This document shows, piece after piece, positions 63,863-64,000 of a stretch of 64,000 nucleotides of DNA. Below the pieces are notes generated by a model. The model searched no databases. It was not told the DNA's origin and worked only from the letters and a program-made list of their open reading frames with translations. The DNA lies in assembly GCA_963709585.1 (NCBI GenBank), contig CAVPXI010000015.1, positions 160,001 to 224,000 on the forward strand, read 5' to 3'. Numbering within the stretch: the first letter of the stretch is position 1; each line of letters opens with the position of its first letter. A program made the translations under genes and the position numbers. This DNA comes from Candidatus Dormiibacterota bacterium. Lineage in GTDB: Bacteria > Chloroflexota > Dormibacteria > Aeolococcales > Aeolococcaceae.

Positions 63863-64000
63863 TTACTTGGTTGCCTTCTTGCGGCGCACGCCCACGGTTT
63901 TCTTGGGTCCGCGACGGGTGCGAGCGTTGGTGCGGGTGCGCTGCCCGCGAACCGGGAGTCCGCGGCGGTGGCGCAGGCCGCGATACGTGCCGATCTCGGT
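63863..64000 (-). CDS. rpsM: 30S ribosomal protein S13, 3' part (runs off window)
   Basis: [24 protein letters not shown]. Confidence 0.95.
   Translation of the reverse strand, partial: TEIGTYRGLRHRRGLPVRGQRTRTNARTRRGPKKTVGVRRKKATK

Overview
High-GC bacterial chromosome segment. Gene order and content suggest a monoderm soil lineage, possibly Chloroflexota/Ca. Dormibacterota-like (inference only). Positions 1-16.0 kb form a mosaic accessory region downstream of the 3' end of tRNA-Phe. It holds small modifying enzymes, gene fragments, a TasA-like/SipW/malectin operon, class III cyclase genes and a HK-REC-REC/cyclase operon, and is punctuated by at least six co-oriented ~33-bp repeats. Positions 16-64 kb are mostly core genes: dtd, a two-component system, a MacAB-like ABC system, tRNA-Val, rpiA, lipAB, pruA, a 2-oxoacid dehydrogenase operon, ftsEX, prfB (programmed +1 frameshift), an 11-kb block between prfB and secA, secA, comF, a sulfur-transferase pair, a His-less DegS-like kinase, and rpsM-rpsK-rpsD-rpoA-rplQ-truA-rplM-rpsI. 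The main observations are: (i) nine single-base anomalies (six substitutions, three frameshifts) that all revert to GASTC, suggesting a DNA-modification footprint; (ii) the repeat-delimited modules; (iii) the SipW-dependent fibre operon with a lectin subunit.
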